Origin: Octopus vulgaris
Lineage: Eukaryota
Direction of reading: 5' to 3'
Assembly (NCBI GenBank): GCA_951406725.2
Contig: OX597821.1
Span: 20,770,001 to 20,834,000 of the forward strand
Length of the DNA stretch: 64,000 bases
The notes beneath the pieces are model-generated. The model did no database searches. It saw only the letters and a list, made by a program, of their open reading frames with translations, and had not been told where the DNA came from. Positions 29,248 through 43,590 of this stretch are shown here, one piece after another; the first letter of the stretch is position 1, and every line of letters starts with the position of its first letter. Position numbers and translations under genes: made by a program.

Positions 29248-29689
29248 TATATATATATATAGGAAAAGAAGGAAAATGCACACAATTTATATTATTCGTT
29301 ATATATTTTATAAGAATATTTATATAGTGTACCGGTCTCGCGTTTTGTTAATCATGACTGGAAAATTGGTGAAAGCATTGCAATTCCGAGGTATCTTCAG
29401 GAACTTTTAGTCCATATTGTATGCATGAAGGTTTTTTCGTAAGTCAACCAGCATCCAGATAAGTTTAAAGGGAAGTAATTGGAGATAGTTATTATTCGAG
29501 ACAGCGGAGGTAATCGCACGTTTTGGTGAGTACCTTGTTTTTGCGCGATAGTATTTATACAATGTTATAAATTGTATTAATGAAAATACTGAATTAAAAT
29601 ACGTATAAAATTTGGTTTTGTATTCATGAATTAAAATACTTACACAATGAAAATTTTATGTGCTCATATTCAGGTGTGGTTTTTATTTT

Positions 29690-29855
29690 TCATTAAATAA
29701 ATTCTCGATGTCCCTTGCTCTGGTAGATGTGAAGACCATGGTTCCAGTACCCCGCACATCTAAGTGTTTGCTCAATGGCATCTGTCTATATCTTAGAAAA
29801 CGAATCTCTTCGTTATGAAGTGCAGTTCTCCGCAGGGTCATCCACATTTGGCCTA
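29690..29855 (-). mobile_element. Decayed CR1/L2-like RT fragment
   Basis: RTALHNEE/HFITKRF..PWSSH resembles the KA.R.L.FI.R.F...WSP region after the RT core. Confidence 0.3.
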
Positions 29856-30524
29856 TATAATTGTGTCAATACACACACACACACACACACAAACACAAGT
29901 ATACCAATTTGTGTTGTGGAATACATAGTAATATAAATGTCCTGTATATTTGCTGCGTGTTGCCTTACAAGGAACAATTCTCTATAAAATTATAATATAG
30001 ATTTAAATTACGCACCTTTCATGTGAAAAAAAAAATAATATAAATAGACACTATACTTTATCGATGATTAAACGGATAGAAGTATATAGCTTCTAGTTAC
30101 TACTCATAACAGAAAGAAATTCTTTGTGGAAATTCATTTTCAATATTCTGCGAACCTCGTTCTGAAGTCTCTTTAGTTCTCAACAACCAAAGCAGTGAAT
30201 TTTGTTATGAAATCTTATTTTCAGTTTCTTTCAGTATATATTGGTTATTGTGCATTATTACATTTATGATATTTTTCCATTTTCTTCTAAAATAATGATG
30301 CAACTATTCAGAACGCTTCTCTTTTTCTTTCAGCAACAACAAAGGTGATAAGTTAATAGCGCCGCAAACATGTAAACATAAAAAATAGTAGAGTTGAAGT
30401 AGAGCAAAAAAATGCAATAGAAAAGTAAATTGTATTTCGCAGAAGGGAGATCGCCAATTTGCGGACTTGGAGAAATTTAAACAATTACATTATGCATGTA
30501 TACATACACATATATTCATACATG

Positions 30525-30585
<61 letters not shown>

Positions 30586-32982
30586 GTATATACATGAAAG
30601 TATTTGCATCTACATGTACATAAACGGGTGTGTGACTGTGTCTGTGTGCGTGTATCTGTTTTTGTTTTGTATAGAAAGATGCGTGAATGTATAAATTAAT
30701 AACTACTCACAAGCCCTTAGGTGTATATACTTATATATGCATATGTGTGTGTGTACGTATGTATGTATATTTATAATATTCGTATTATAAATAAAAGAAA
30801 GTGTTTGAATGTCACATACAAATGAAGACAAGCAATGAACCAATGGCGTAATTGTTTTACGTTTCGGTTTGTTTAAGAATTATTCTTTATGAAAATGGAA
30901 CCAGTGTGGAATTGTGTTACTGAGTTATTTTTTCATCTGAGAAACATAGCATGGAGTAATATTCTCATCGCATGAAATCTTCACTTCCATTAGTGTTTTA
31001 TACACACGTAGCCAAAACGCTGTACATAAATACCATCACTCAAACATAGACACTTATGTTCCTGATAACTATATACCTCTCTGCCCCCTCCCACACACAC
31101 AGAAGTACACAATGATGTATAAAAGTACATATGAATATATGTACCTTTCGACATGTACTTGCATACATACATATATACATAATCACATGTACGATATAAA
31201 CCCAAAACGAAATATACGTATCACTCTTTGACATGGTGATAAATGCGTGGTTCTCCTATATTTGGCTACTTCATTACACCTTTAATGGTCATCAGGCCAG
31301 TTCCATTTTCGCCCCTAAACACCGGATGTTTAATCTCTCTAAATTTATATGTGCCTTCACTCGACGCCATCGATCCTGCCATAGTATTCTTTGCTGGATT
31401 TACCAATGTGAGTACATTACATTGAAATCAGATTTTCTACAGGCAGAACCTGTGTAATACCATGAATAATTCATTTTCTATATTAATCTTTTCTTCAATA
31501 TCCCGGAGTTCGAGAGGCCTGTCACAAAGAAGAACGTATTCGATATTTCAATTATGAAGAATGTTAACGGATACTTTTTATTCCACGATGGCTCTGAGAG
31601 GTTCTAAATGGAGGTGGTGCATTTTGCGATGCTTGAATGGAAATCATGGGGTTTTTTAAAGCAAAATCCGTTTTTTTTTTGCTTATTTCATTGTTTACAT
31701 TATGAAAATATGTACAAAGTGCATCTCACTAGACATCTCTTGATTGTATCCAAATGATGGATTCGGTATTTCAATATGATTACCCCAAATTAACTAAAAA
31801 CGATAAGTATTTTAGCGGAATAAACTAGAGCCTTGACTGAGATAAAACAATCACTACCAACTTAAACCAATGCCACTTTCATGGCGCTACTTCAATCCAA
31901 TGATTGCCAAGGTTTTGGGGGATGGCATCCACTTGTCATTCAGTTCACATTCCTGGCATCCACCTCACTTTCTTCCCCAAATTTAAAATGACTGTATTTG
32001 ACAAATAAAATTTAATTAACCAATTATTTTTCTTGCTTTTACATCCATAGTCCTCTTTTGTCCACCCCATTATCACCCCGATTTTCATCAACGACGACCC
32101 CTGAATCTCCAACCCGCTTTGGGAACCCTTCTTTAAGCATTAGGACAAACCACTACTATATGGGAATCTATGACAATGTTTTCAAGCAAAAATTAGAAAC
32201 TTATTAACCGAAATCAAAAGATCTGTCTCCATTGAATCCTAGAATAGTTAAATATTCGACAAATCTGTATATCATTACCCTATAAAAGGCAGGTGTTATC
32301 GAGTAAGAAATTAATATATTTGATGGTCGCAATATTCTCACTCATAAGAAGATAATCAAGGAAAGGAACATAATCTTTCTCTAGCCTCCTTCAAACTACA
32401 CCTGCTTACAAATATAGCCACCGAGCGTTTTCGCTGTGCATTTTCTGTGCGTGTAAATTTTTTGTTACCGCGTTTTCGAGACAGGGTTTGGCGAATAGTA
32501 TACGATCCTAGCAGTCACTACTTACCCTTCTTCTACTCCTCCTGCCTCCCCTCCACATTATTATTATCATCATGATCATCATCGTCATCATTCTTCTGTT
32601 CCTCCATGATCTCTTTTATCTTCTTTCACTCTTATTTAAACATACACAAACGCACACATGCACACACGCATACGCACACACACACACATATACACACTCC
32701 CCTACGTGTGTCTCCGTCTACGTCTGTGTGTGTGTTCTTGAGTGTGTTGTACTGGTGGTAATATACTCCCTATACGGTCGGACAAAATACTTTGCCGTAC
32801 TTGGTTACGACTGTTTTATTTCTAAATTCAAATAGCATCAAGGTAATTTTTGACATACATCCCTACATTGCCAGTACAATATAGTACCCTTTAAATACTG
32901 GCGGATACATACTTGAAAATTCCTCTCACTCATGAAGCTGTAGATTTCTTGAAAGTAATGTTATAATATATGACTGTTATAA

Positions 32983-33140
32983 AGCAGCGAGCTGGCCGAA
33001 TTGTTAGCATGCCGGGCAGAATGTTTTGCGGCAATTCGGCCATTATTATGTTCTGAGTTCAAATACCACCGTGATCTATTTTGCATTTCATCCTTTCGAG
33101 GCCGATAAACTACCTACCAGTTACATACTGGACTAGATAT
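32983..33140 (+). mobile_element. SINE family B, degenerate
   Basis: gcagcgagctggccgaa head and tttcatcctttcgaggccgataa core. Confidence 0.8.
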
Positions 33141-33704
33141 TGCTGTTCCTATGCCAAAATTTCAAACTAATATATAACTATTGTATCCTTAGGTATATAA
33201 TATTACTGTTGCTCTCAATGCAGCTGCACTCATATTTAAACGGAAATGCTAAAAGCTATTGATGTTAACTTTACACGAATTATAACATATTGTGTGCTTA
33301 GAAAATCATTTCATCGGTAATATTTCGCTACACTAATTAAAATTTACATAATTAAAAAAGAATTTAATTTCATTTTCAGAATTTTCTTCATCAACATTTC
33401 CAAGCAGACTCTTGTGTTATGTTAGAGCAGAAAATTGGAATCCCGAACGAATCATAAACTCATTATTTCATTTCAACAAATTACACAAATTTGAAGCCTA
33501 CCCTGATATAATGATGCTGCTGCTGATGATGATGATGAAGGTGATAATGAGGACGACGACGACGATGATGATGATGACAATCATGATGATCACGATCCTG
33601 ATGATGACCATCATCATCATCATCATCATCATCATCATTCTTCTCCTTCCTTTTCTTCTTCCTCTCCTTTCTCTTCCTATTTTTCTTCTTCTTACTTTTA
33701 TTTT

Positions 33705-34076
33705 TTTTAAAACCCTCCTTTTTCGAGCACCTTCCGAAGTATTTATGCGATTCAAACCAGTGCTGATTTCTGCAAGTTCTCCACCCGTATTGCAGCCCCT
33801 ATTTGTTCCATGTACTTCACAAGATTTTTACTCACTGTTCCCAGGGCTCCGACAACTATTGGCACTACTACCATCTTTTTCATCGACCGCAACTGCTTAA
33901 TCTCCCAAAGCTAACCTTTCATATCTCTATTTTTTTTTATCGCATACCTTGTTGTCAGCTGGGCATGATATATCTATGATTCAGCGTAGTTTACTTTCTT
34001 TCTCAATTAAGACTTTTTCTGGCTTCCTATTTTCTATCTTATGGCGCACTAAATCATAAAATCCCATAGGATCTGT
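33705..34076 (-). mobile_element. R4/Dong non-LTR retrotransposon 3' end (REL endonuclease region)
   Basis: QILWDFM..ENRKP..IIDISCPAD..VVVPIVVGALG..ENLQKSAL. Confidence 0.85.
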
Positions 34077-34103
34077 TATTATTATTATCAATTTTATTAT
34101 TAC

Positions 34104-34151
<48 letters not shown>

Positions 34152-34152
<1 letters not shown>

Positions 34153-34550
34153 GAGTGAGAGAGCAGTGCATGCCATCAAAGTGACACTGGGGTAAAATAT
34201 ACGAAGCCCAATATACCCATCATGACTACCCGTCTGATAAGGGTACACCAGGCACATGCATCACAACCATACGTGCGCGACATGGTGATCTCATATCAAG
34301 ATAAACAGCACATGACCTTGCAGGTGGGGCTCCCCCACTACTTCTGCTCGTGATCAGAGATGCACATATCGTCAGCCACTAAGGGACATGCTCAACTGGT
34401 TAAGGTCAAACAACTGACAAGCAAATCTGTGGTATTGAGCAGAATATTTGCTGTAGCCCATCTTTTATACCAAGACAAAACAATGTACATGATAACACTT
34501 CCAATCAGTTAAGATCAGAAGCCATGAGAGCCACTGCCTGGTACTGCATC
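34152..34550. repeat. Non-coding interspersed repeat inserted in (TTA)n, possibly a non-autonomous Dong derivative
   Basis: 400-bp higher-GC island bounded on both sides by (TTA)n inside the Dong cluster. Confidence 0.4.
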
Positions 34551-34619
34551 ATATTATTATTATTATTATTATCATTACTATTATCACTATTATTATTATT
34601 ATTATTATCATTATCATCA

Positions 34620-35420
34620 TTCAGTAGTTTTATTTTTATAGCGTGCTTTCACTTAACAACCGAGCGCAGCTCTTTGTGCCTTGGGTACGTGCTGTGATTT
34701 GTTGTGATGCTCTGATGGTTATTGTAAAGGAAAGTGTTCTGCGTATGATGTGTGCAGTGCCTAGTAGTGCAATTTTCTGTAAGTTATATGTGTTTGTAAG
34801 TCCTGGTGTTTTTGTTATGCATTTGTCTGAATATTGTTTTATAATGCCTAATGCACCTACTATGATAGAAATTGCTTCTGTTTTTAGATTCCACATTCTA
34901 GTTACCTCTATTTCAAGCTCTTTGTATTTTGAAAGTTTCTCCATTTCTTTTAGAGACACGTTGTCATCTGCTGGTGTTGATACATCATTTAGAAAGCAGT
35001 TTTTTCTTCATGATCTCTGACATCTATATCTGGTCTGTTGGCCTTAATTTCGCTATCTGTGTGTATCGGCATATCCCAGAGTATGGTTGCTTTCTCGTTT
35101 TCTGTGACCTTTTCTGGTGTGTGCCTATACCATCTTTTTTCTGTTGCTATTCCATAATGTTGGCATAGCTTCCAGTGTATGTAGGTCCCAACTCTGTCAT
35201 GCATGTGAATATATTCCTTCTTAGCCAGGACTGGGCAGCTAGAGATAATATGATCTATTGTTTCTTGTCCATCTCCACATATTCTGCAGTTACTTGTAAT
35301 ATTTCTTTTCATTACATGTTTTTGGTAATTTCTGGTGGGGAGGCTTTGGTCTTGTGCTGCAATTAAAAATCCCTCTGTCTCTGCTTTGAGTCTTGAGCTT
35401 CTCAACCATTGCTGGGATCT
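34620..35420 (-). mobile_element. R4/Dong non-LTR retrotransposon, 5'-truncated
   Basis: AETEGFLIAAQDQ, CCHC knuckle CRIC..ETIDHIISSC, HDRV, ILWD, NRPDI, KYKELEIE, IIVGALG, LQKIALLGTAHI; frameshift near 34995. Confidence 0.95.
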
Positions 35421-35502
35421 TTCATCATCATCATCATCATGGTCGTAGTCGTCGTCGTCGTCGTTGTCGTCGTCGTTGTCGTCGTCGTTGTCGTCGTCGT
35501 CA

Positions 35503-35567
<65 letters not shown>

Positions 35568-35569
35568 GT

Positions 35570-36700
35570 CTTTGCACAGCTTCCATCGCTGGTGACGTAC
35601 TACGATGCCAGCTCTTCACTACCAGTGAACTAAAGTAACAACCCTTATTTTTCATATAACCACATAGGATGTTATCATTTTCATTTTCGACGATGCCTTC
35701 AGGTTTAAGTGCGTACCGCTTTTTTGCTCTTTCAAGTCTATGCTTGCTGTAAAGTGTCAATGGACAATCTGATATTCTTTCTGGACTAGTGTCTTACATT
35801 GTCTGGTAATATACCATACCGTTTCACTATTTGTCCACAAATTCTGCACTTATCAGTTTCTGATGTGTTTTCTAATACTGTATTTGATGTAACTGATTCT
35901 TAGTGCTTGCTCGTAGGCAGCACAGATTAGAGTCTCCTTTTCTGGTTTTAAATCAATTTCAGTCATCCATAGCTATCTTTTTTCTTTGTCTGTCTTATCT
36001 TCAGCATCCCTATGAAATTGTCCATGCACTCTTTTCTTTATCCACCTATTTTCAGTTTCATTCATTCGTAAGTGCTTCTACAGTGCTTTATTTTTTGCAA
36101 TATTTACATAGTTTTCCTCCTCTTGCAATCTCTAAGTACAGATTTGTCTACCAGGAGTTGATTCTCGGCACCTCCAAACTTACGCTTCCAACACTTCTGC
36201 TTGTCTGGCAGGACTCCATTTTTCCCCAGATATCTTTACATTGATTCTGCGACTATTCCAGTCAGTAAATTTCCGCATAAATGGCAAGCAAGATATCGGC
36301 CCGTAATTGTCTACTGTATTGCCTTTATTTGATGTTTTTCAGGCACAACACTGCCCTACCCAATGTCAACCACTCTTGTGTTACTTGGTCGGCATTTAAC
36401 AAGGTGTTGAGTTGTGCGGCTATTCGAACATGACATTCACTAAATCTTTTGATCCAGTAGCCATCTTGTGGCGGGGCCTTCAAGTCGCCCATTTTTTTTG
36501 GTTGATTTCCTTCACTTCCCTTACTGAAATGACTAGTTCTGCCTGGACAGACAATTGTTTTTTTCAGTTCTTGCAGCCATTCAGCATCCTTCTTGTGCTC
36601 CTTGTCTTTACTCCAGATGTCACTCCAAAACCTTTGACTTTTAATGTCATGTGGTATCAACTTTTCAGCAGTTGGACGTGTTCTTTGCTACTCTGACCAT
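35570..36700 (-). mobile_element. Scrambled R4/Dong fragments (N-terminal region, RT start, REL pieces)
   Basis: FWSDIW..HKKDAEWLQELK..KAP..GYWIKRF..H.RIAAQLN..WLTLGR.VL; KPEGIVENENDNIL. Confidence 0.8.
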
Positions 36701-36809
36701 TCAGTAGCTCAAGACACAGAAACACTAATAAGCCCAGCAAGTCAACTGAAAAATAATTCTCAAAGACTGGGATATCTACAATTTCCTGTGAGTATTTTAA
36801 AAATTATAA

Positions 36810-36876
<67 letters not shown>

Positions 36877-36877
36877 G

Positions 36878-37890
36878 TAAAAACTCAACAGCCTATTTTG
36901 CTGGATATGATGGAAGGTATCACCAGTCCACAGCCAACAGACTAAGGTGACACTTCTCTTGCTCATGCTTCAAGAACCCTGCGAAAAATTCTTACAGTTC
37001 CAAGCAATGCTGATTTTTGTAGGTGTTCTACCTTCTCAATTGCATCAATCTTTTTCATCCTGGCTGATAATTCCAATTCCACTGATAATTCAGTGCTGAT
37101 AATTGCAAGTGCACTAATTATTATTGGTATCACGTCTATTCTTTTCATTGACCACAAAATTTGTATTTCTCACTTGAAATCGTCATAGTAGTTTATTTTT
37201 TCTTCTTCTTTCGAATTGATCCTGTTGTCACCGGGGATCAATGCGTTGTCTTTGTTCTTTGTAGGCCATGATTTTCACAGATCTCTGAATGGATTATTCT
37301 TGACACATTGTCATGGGGTCTTTTATTATCGATTGGTGCCAGTTTCGGGTATTAGCCAACGATGTGCCATACCCCTTCACCCCTCTCACCACACATTTTG
37401 AATTTGTTGCTATCGGTAGTTTTGTCTATTCTATACTTCATATAGTTGGTCCTTAACGCGTGTACCCGAGCTGTGCATATGAGTGATTCTGCTCTATCTT
37501 CAGATCACTCCTCCTCATCCATAGCCGCCAGCTCCCTGTGTCTGTCTTGGTTTTCACATCACTTGCAAACTGACCATATATTTTCTCTTTCTTACTATTT
37601 CTTTAGTAAGTCTTGATGACCCCGGTCCTTTTCGTGTGTTTCAACAGTGGCTCCACGACGTTTTTATATACCAACTTAAGCTGTTTTCCTCTGCTCCAAT
37701 ACCCTCTTGGCAACTGAACAAAGCTCTCGCAACCTTTCGTCTTCACAAGTACAGCCTATCTTAGCGTGTGCTGTCAACATTTTTCTGGTTTTCTCTCATT
37801 TGCCATTTCATAATTTTAGCGCCATAACAAAGTGATGCTATCGCTCACGTATTGACAGCTTGGATTTTATTCCATCCGGCTTAAGGTGAG
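36878..37890 (-). mobile_element. R4/Dong element of a second family, 5'-truncated and decayed
   Basis: GWNKIQAVNT..; WSMKRIDVIPIIISAL..EHLQKSALLGTVRIFRRVLEA; 3' UTR runs into (AAT)n. Confidence 0.85.
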
Positions 37891-37923
37891 AGGGTTAAGA
37901 TCAAAAGCCATGTGAGTTATTAA

Positions 37924-38525
<602 letters not shown>

Positions 38526-38527
38526 AA

Positions 38528-39091
38528 TTCAGTAGTTTTTTTTTATAGCGTGCTTTCACTTCACTACCGAGCGCAGCTCTGTGTGCCTTGGGTATGTGCT
38601 GTGATTTGTTGTGATGCTCTGATGGTTATTGTAAAGGAAAGTGTTCTGCGTAGGATGTGTGCAGTGCCTAGTAGTGCAATTTTCTGTACGTTATATGTGT
38701 TTGTAAGTCCTGGTGTTTTTGATATGTATTTGTCTGAATATTGTTTTATAATGCCTAATGCACCTACTATGATAGGAATTGTTTCTGTTTTCAGATTCCA
38801 CATTCTAGTTACCTCTATTTCCAGGTCTTTGTATTTTGAGAGTTTCTCCATTTCTTTTAGAGACACGTTGTCATCTGCCGGTATTGATACATCAATTAGA
38901 AAGCATTTTTTTTCTTCATGATCTCTGACAACTATATGTGGCCTGTTGGCCTTAATTTCTCTATCTGTGTGTTTCGGCATATCCCAGAGTATGGTTGCTT
39001 TCTCGTTTTCTGTGACCTTTTCTGGTGTGTGCCTATACCATCTTTTTTCTGTTGTTATACCATAATGTTGGCATAGCTTCCAATGTATGTC
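38528..39091 (-). mobile_element. R4/Dong non-LTR retrotransposon, 5'-truncated, same family as 34620-35420
   Basis: Open frame IHWKLCQHY..ILWD..NRPHIV..IDVSIPAD..KYKDLEIE..GALG..LLGTAHILRRTLS; (TTA)n on both sides. Confidence 0.95.
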
Positions 39092-39177
<86 letters not shown>

Positions 39178-39179
39178 TT

Positions 39180-39588
39180 AAGCCGGCGAGCATTAAATGC
39201 TTTGCGGTATCTTGCCCATCGCTACGATCTTAGTTCAAATTCCGCTGAGATTGACGTCACTTTTAATCCTTCAGGCTGGATAAATTAAGTACCAGTTGAG
39301 TACTGGGATCGATCTAATCGACCATTGCCGTCCCCCCCAAATTTCAGGCCTTGTACCTGTAGGAGAAAAGATTATTATTATCCTCATTACTATTATTCTA
39401 ATTATTGGTTTCAGTTTTGCGAGATGGTCGATCACATCGATCCCAGCGCTCGATTGGTTCTTATTTTATCGACTGCGAAGGCTGAAAGGCAATGTCGACC
39501 TTATCGGAATGTGAACCCAAAACGCATCGAGGACAAAATGCCGTGAAGCATCTTGCCCGGCGTGCTAACGTTTGTCGCAGGCCCGCCA
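39180..39588. mobile_element. Two convergent SINE family B copies: 39180-39375 (+), 39400-39588 (-)
   Basis: gataaattaagtaccagttgagtactggg and the reverse-complement head ttgcccggcgtgctaacgttt. Confidence 0.82.
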
Positions 39589-39589
39589 T

Positions 39590-39643
<54 letters not shown>

Positions 39644-39883
39644 CAGCAGGAGCATGTTTGCTAAAGAATCACACGGGTATTCAATTAATCGGATTGCAAT
39701 ATGTGCATACATTCATCTGTTTGCTGATTTCGTCAACCAGCAATTTTGACATTCCCAACGAATCGCCAGAAGAAAAATGTTGGTCTTTGGAACAATTGTG
39801 AAGTAAACCCTCGAAAGAAACAGACTGACGCAGTGAAGAAGACATAAATAAATGTTATAATAAAATTAATAATCAATGAAATA

Positions 39884-40060
39884 TCTATTATATAAAATCC
39901 GTTCTGGCTGTCTCTGTGTGTGTCTTCTAGGATCTCGGGCATCCTCCATCCGATTGCGCTCAAATTTAATATGTAGATACCGATGGTATCAGGGCGTGTA
40001 CGAGTCGTGAAAGAATTACAAAAATCGATTCCAGGTGAGAATGCGATCGATAAAGCCGTT
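39884..40060 (+). mobile_element. Helitron-like non-autonomous element 5' end
   Basis: TCTATTATATAAAA start followed by a ctgt/gtgt tract and atccgattgcgctcaaattt, typical of non-autonomous Helitron heads. Confidence 0.5.
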
Positions 40061-41110
40061 TTTGTCCTGCTTTTCATCCGTCAACCCGTACATAACTGCA
40101 CCTTCTATTTTTCGTTGTTTTTGTACTACTTAAAGGCACGTTTCTTTCCTGACAAGCTTACTGTTTACACAATGTTTGTGTTCTCCCAATCAACAGCCTT
40201 ATCATTACTGGTCCTTTAAAATCTTCGGTTGCATATTTGTATGAAAAAATCGTTTTTCTTTGAAATAGAAAAACGTCTATCTTTATTTCTTCTTTTGCTG
40301 GTCTCAAATTTAGGTTCAATCAATGTTTCTCACAGGGGAGGCCTATGGGACGGTCGGACAAGTTGTTTTGAGAAAATTTTGTTTAAATGTTTGACAACTC
40401 AGCACTATCCATTGGACGGGGTGTGCATTTTGTTCTTATATTCTATAAAGGATTTTTCTACTGAAACGATTTGAAAGTAATTATATTATGATAATCTAGC
40501 AACATTATTTACATCAAATGAAATAACTTTAGCTTATTACATCTATTTTTATTGAACATAATTCCTTATTTGGGAAATACTACCCCCAATGAAATAATAT
40601 TCATGGACGACTTATAGTTAGTTACGTTTCTAATGTATTGTTTGCTTATGAAACGATAGTGCATGCTTATAAAATTACAGAAAAATTTTAAGTCTGTGAT
40701 TTAACGTGTCATGTCAGAAAATCGATAAAAATGAGTTTTTCAGTGAAAAAAATATTCACTCTGTCTGCATTAACATATATAAACATTCAGGTTTATAAAC
40801 ACGTATACTTAAGTTAACACACGCAGCCATATGAAGAAAATGTTCAGTGGTTTTAACGATTTCTTCTTCATGAAAGAAATGTGTTTTACAATAATAGATA
40901 TATGAAGAAAACACGACGAAATTCTACATTATATCAACATATTACTTTGACACAAACGCACATACGGACCCACATGCCAACACACACACACACACGCGCA
41001 CACTCACGGAGACACACACACATGCAAGCACAAGACGCACTACATATGGTTATACTTGTGACTGTCTGTCTATTTGCATGTGTATGTCTTTTCTCACTCT
41101 CATATATATG

Positions 41111-41180
<70 letters not shown>

Positions 41181-41187
<7 letters not shown>

Positions 41188-41650
41188 AGAAGAGTACAGT
41201 GTACGTTCAAACACAAAAGAGATACCCGAAGAATAGGATATCTGACTCGCTATAGACACGTGGCGGTTTATTTATCGCCCCGTGCCTATGTATTCAGTCC
41301 TGGCAACCTACTGAAGAAGCAGCGCCAGATATAGGCTGAGACTATTTTATTTCAGTCTGTATTTAAGTCTGCAGAAAACCTGCAGGGTCTAGGATTAAGG
41401 TAATTTTTTTTAATTTTCCAATCACTTTCGGAATTACAACAATTGGTGGCTTGGAGTTTTAACTGCTCTTTCCTGCGAGTACGATATGCAATTCTTCGGT
41501 TATCTCTTTTTTGTTTGAATGTACACTGTACTTTTCTTTGAATAATATATAGTCTATTGACTAACTTTTTCCTTCTCGCTAGACCACTGGTAACTAAGAA
41601 TCTTTCTATGAATATTCTTCCTACCCTAAGATTTTAATTAAGGATAAAAC

Positions 41651-41655
<5 letters not shown>
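41181..41655 (+). mobile_element. PLE-like element: inverted 5' segment, hammerhead, tail
   Basis: 41181-41250 is the imperfect reverse complement of 41475-41545; about 110-nt unpaired tail; (TA)n on both sides. Confidence 0.75.
41307..41393 (+). ncRNA. Type I hammerhead ribozyme, slightly degenerate
   Basis: CCUA/UAGG stem I; CUGAAGA 41311-41317; stem II GCAG/CUGC plus AGAUAUAGGCUGAG/UUCAGUCUGUAUUU; GAAA-ACC-UGCA-GG-GUC; cleavage predicted after 41389. Confidence 0.72.
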
Positions 41656-41707
<52 letters not shown>

Positions 41708-41708
41708 G

Positions 41709-41762
<54 letters not shown>

Positions 41763-41971
41763 TGAAATGGATAAATGAATTATCTTGTTACGGATTATTC
41801 AAAATTTAACCGATACCTGGGTAGCAAAAATCACAACAGAAAAAACACGGTTGAGGTTACGACCATGGGGTGTCGCAACCGTGCCTTAGCGCGGATAATT
41901 GAAGTTTTATATATTTTAGTGAAGGGAAGAAATGGAGCTGAACGAAGATTCTACAAAATTCCTTTTTATTA

Positions 41972-42055
41972 TTTTCTACACATGTTTCAAAGGCTGCAAA
42001 ATTCCAAATTCGGATTGAATAAGGAGACCATTTTGCAGCTTTCTCTTCAGGAAAA
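41972..42055 (-). ncRNA. Type I hammerhead ribozyme, near-intact, within island 41762-42125
   Basis: Minus strand: UUUUC-CUGAAGA-GAAAGCUGCAAAAU..AUUUUGCAGCCUUU-GAAAC-AUGU-GUA-GAAAA; 5-bp stem I and 14-bp stem II with one mismatch. Confidence 0.82.
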
Positions 42056-42354
42056 ACCAGGAATATAAATCTCCAAAACAAATGCGCAGCAAGCTATTTA
42101 AACAAAACGCTCCCTAGGAGCCCATAGTAAGATATACATATATGTATATATATTTGAACTGAAAAGATGCGGCCATATTGGGGCACCGCCGTTATATATG
42201 TATATATCTTATCTGGCATTTCCGGGGCGTCCATACCTCCACCACCTTACTCAATGTCAAAACTACAACTAGTTTTAGTAATAGTATTATAATGATGGTG
42301 ATGATGACGATGTTGATGCCGAGACGACGAGGATGATGACGATGATACTGATGA

Positions 42355-42519
42355 TGTTCTTAAGCTTTCTCTGAAACAATGCTACGTGGAAAACCAAACA
42401 TAAGATACCCTAGGCATAACACCATCATGAAGATCTAACTTTTTGTCTCTTGAGGTTTCTGAGTGTCAGTTAGAACCAATTTGTACAAATACAAAGCATA
42501 AGTCAGACATAATAATAAC

Positions 42520-42550
<31 letters not shown>

Positions 42551-42551
42551 T

Positions 42552-42619
<68 letters not shown>

Positions 42620-42648
42620 CGATGATGATGATGATGATGATGATGATG

Positions 42649-42728
<80 letters not shown>

Positions 42729-42879
42729 TAGGCATTCACTAGTACAACACTAAGTACAAAACCAAATATATGGCACCCTAGGCATAACACCAACACGAAC
42801 TTCCAACATGTTGTCTCTTGAGGTCTCTGGGTGAGACTCGGAGCCAGCTTGTGCAAATGTAAAGCAAAAGTCAAACATA

Positions 42880-42961
<82 letters not shown>

Positions 42962-43112
42962 AACGGAGCACCTTAAAAATACGGGTTGCTTGAAACTGCA
43001 AGTATTCTTCGCAGGGTTCCTGAAGTATGACTAATAAAGAAGTATCACCTTAGTTAACTGGCTGTGAATAGCTGACACTTTCCATCATATCCAGCAAAAG
43101 CTGTGAGATTTC

Positions 43113-43193
<81 letters not shown>

Positions 43194-43449
43194 GAAGGAG
43201 AGGAAGAAGAAGAAGAAGAAGAGCTAGAAGAAGAAAAAGAAGAAGTAGAAGAAGTAGAAGAGGTAGAAGAAGAAAAAGAAGAAGAAGATGTAGAAGAAAA
43301 AGAAGAAGAAGGAGAAGAAGAAGAAGAAGAAGATGTAGAAGAAAAAGAAGAAGGAGAAGTGGAAGAAAAAGAAGAAGAAGAAGGAGAAGAAGAAGAAGAA
43401 GAAGAAGAAGAAGAAGAAGAAGAAGAAGAAGAAGAAGAAGAAGAAGAAG

Positions 43450-43481
<32 letters not shown>

Positions 43482-43590
43482 CCCGATGCAGTTCAATATC
43501 AGGAAGTACAGCACAATACAGCACACACCCCACTCGGAAGTGTTGCAGGTGATGCAGTAGAATTTTGCCTGAAGCTACCAAATGTTGAGC
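42355..43590 (+). mobile_element. Series of short R4/Dong 3'-end fragments (42355-42510, 42735-42880, 42963-43112, 43478-43590) within (TAA)n/(GAA)n
   Basis: 42963-43112 matches the 3' end of the 36878-37030 element; 42355-42510 and 42735-42880 share accctaggcataacacca..tgtctcttgaggt; the first three are followed by (AAT)n. Confidence 0.7.

Noticed and set aside
29325-29406. CUGAAGA..GAGAC-CG-GUA on the minus strand
   Set aside because: GAAA is mutated and stems I and II do not pair; cannot be supported from this copy.
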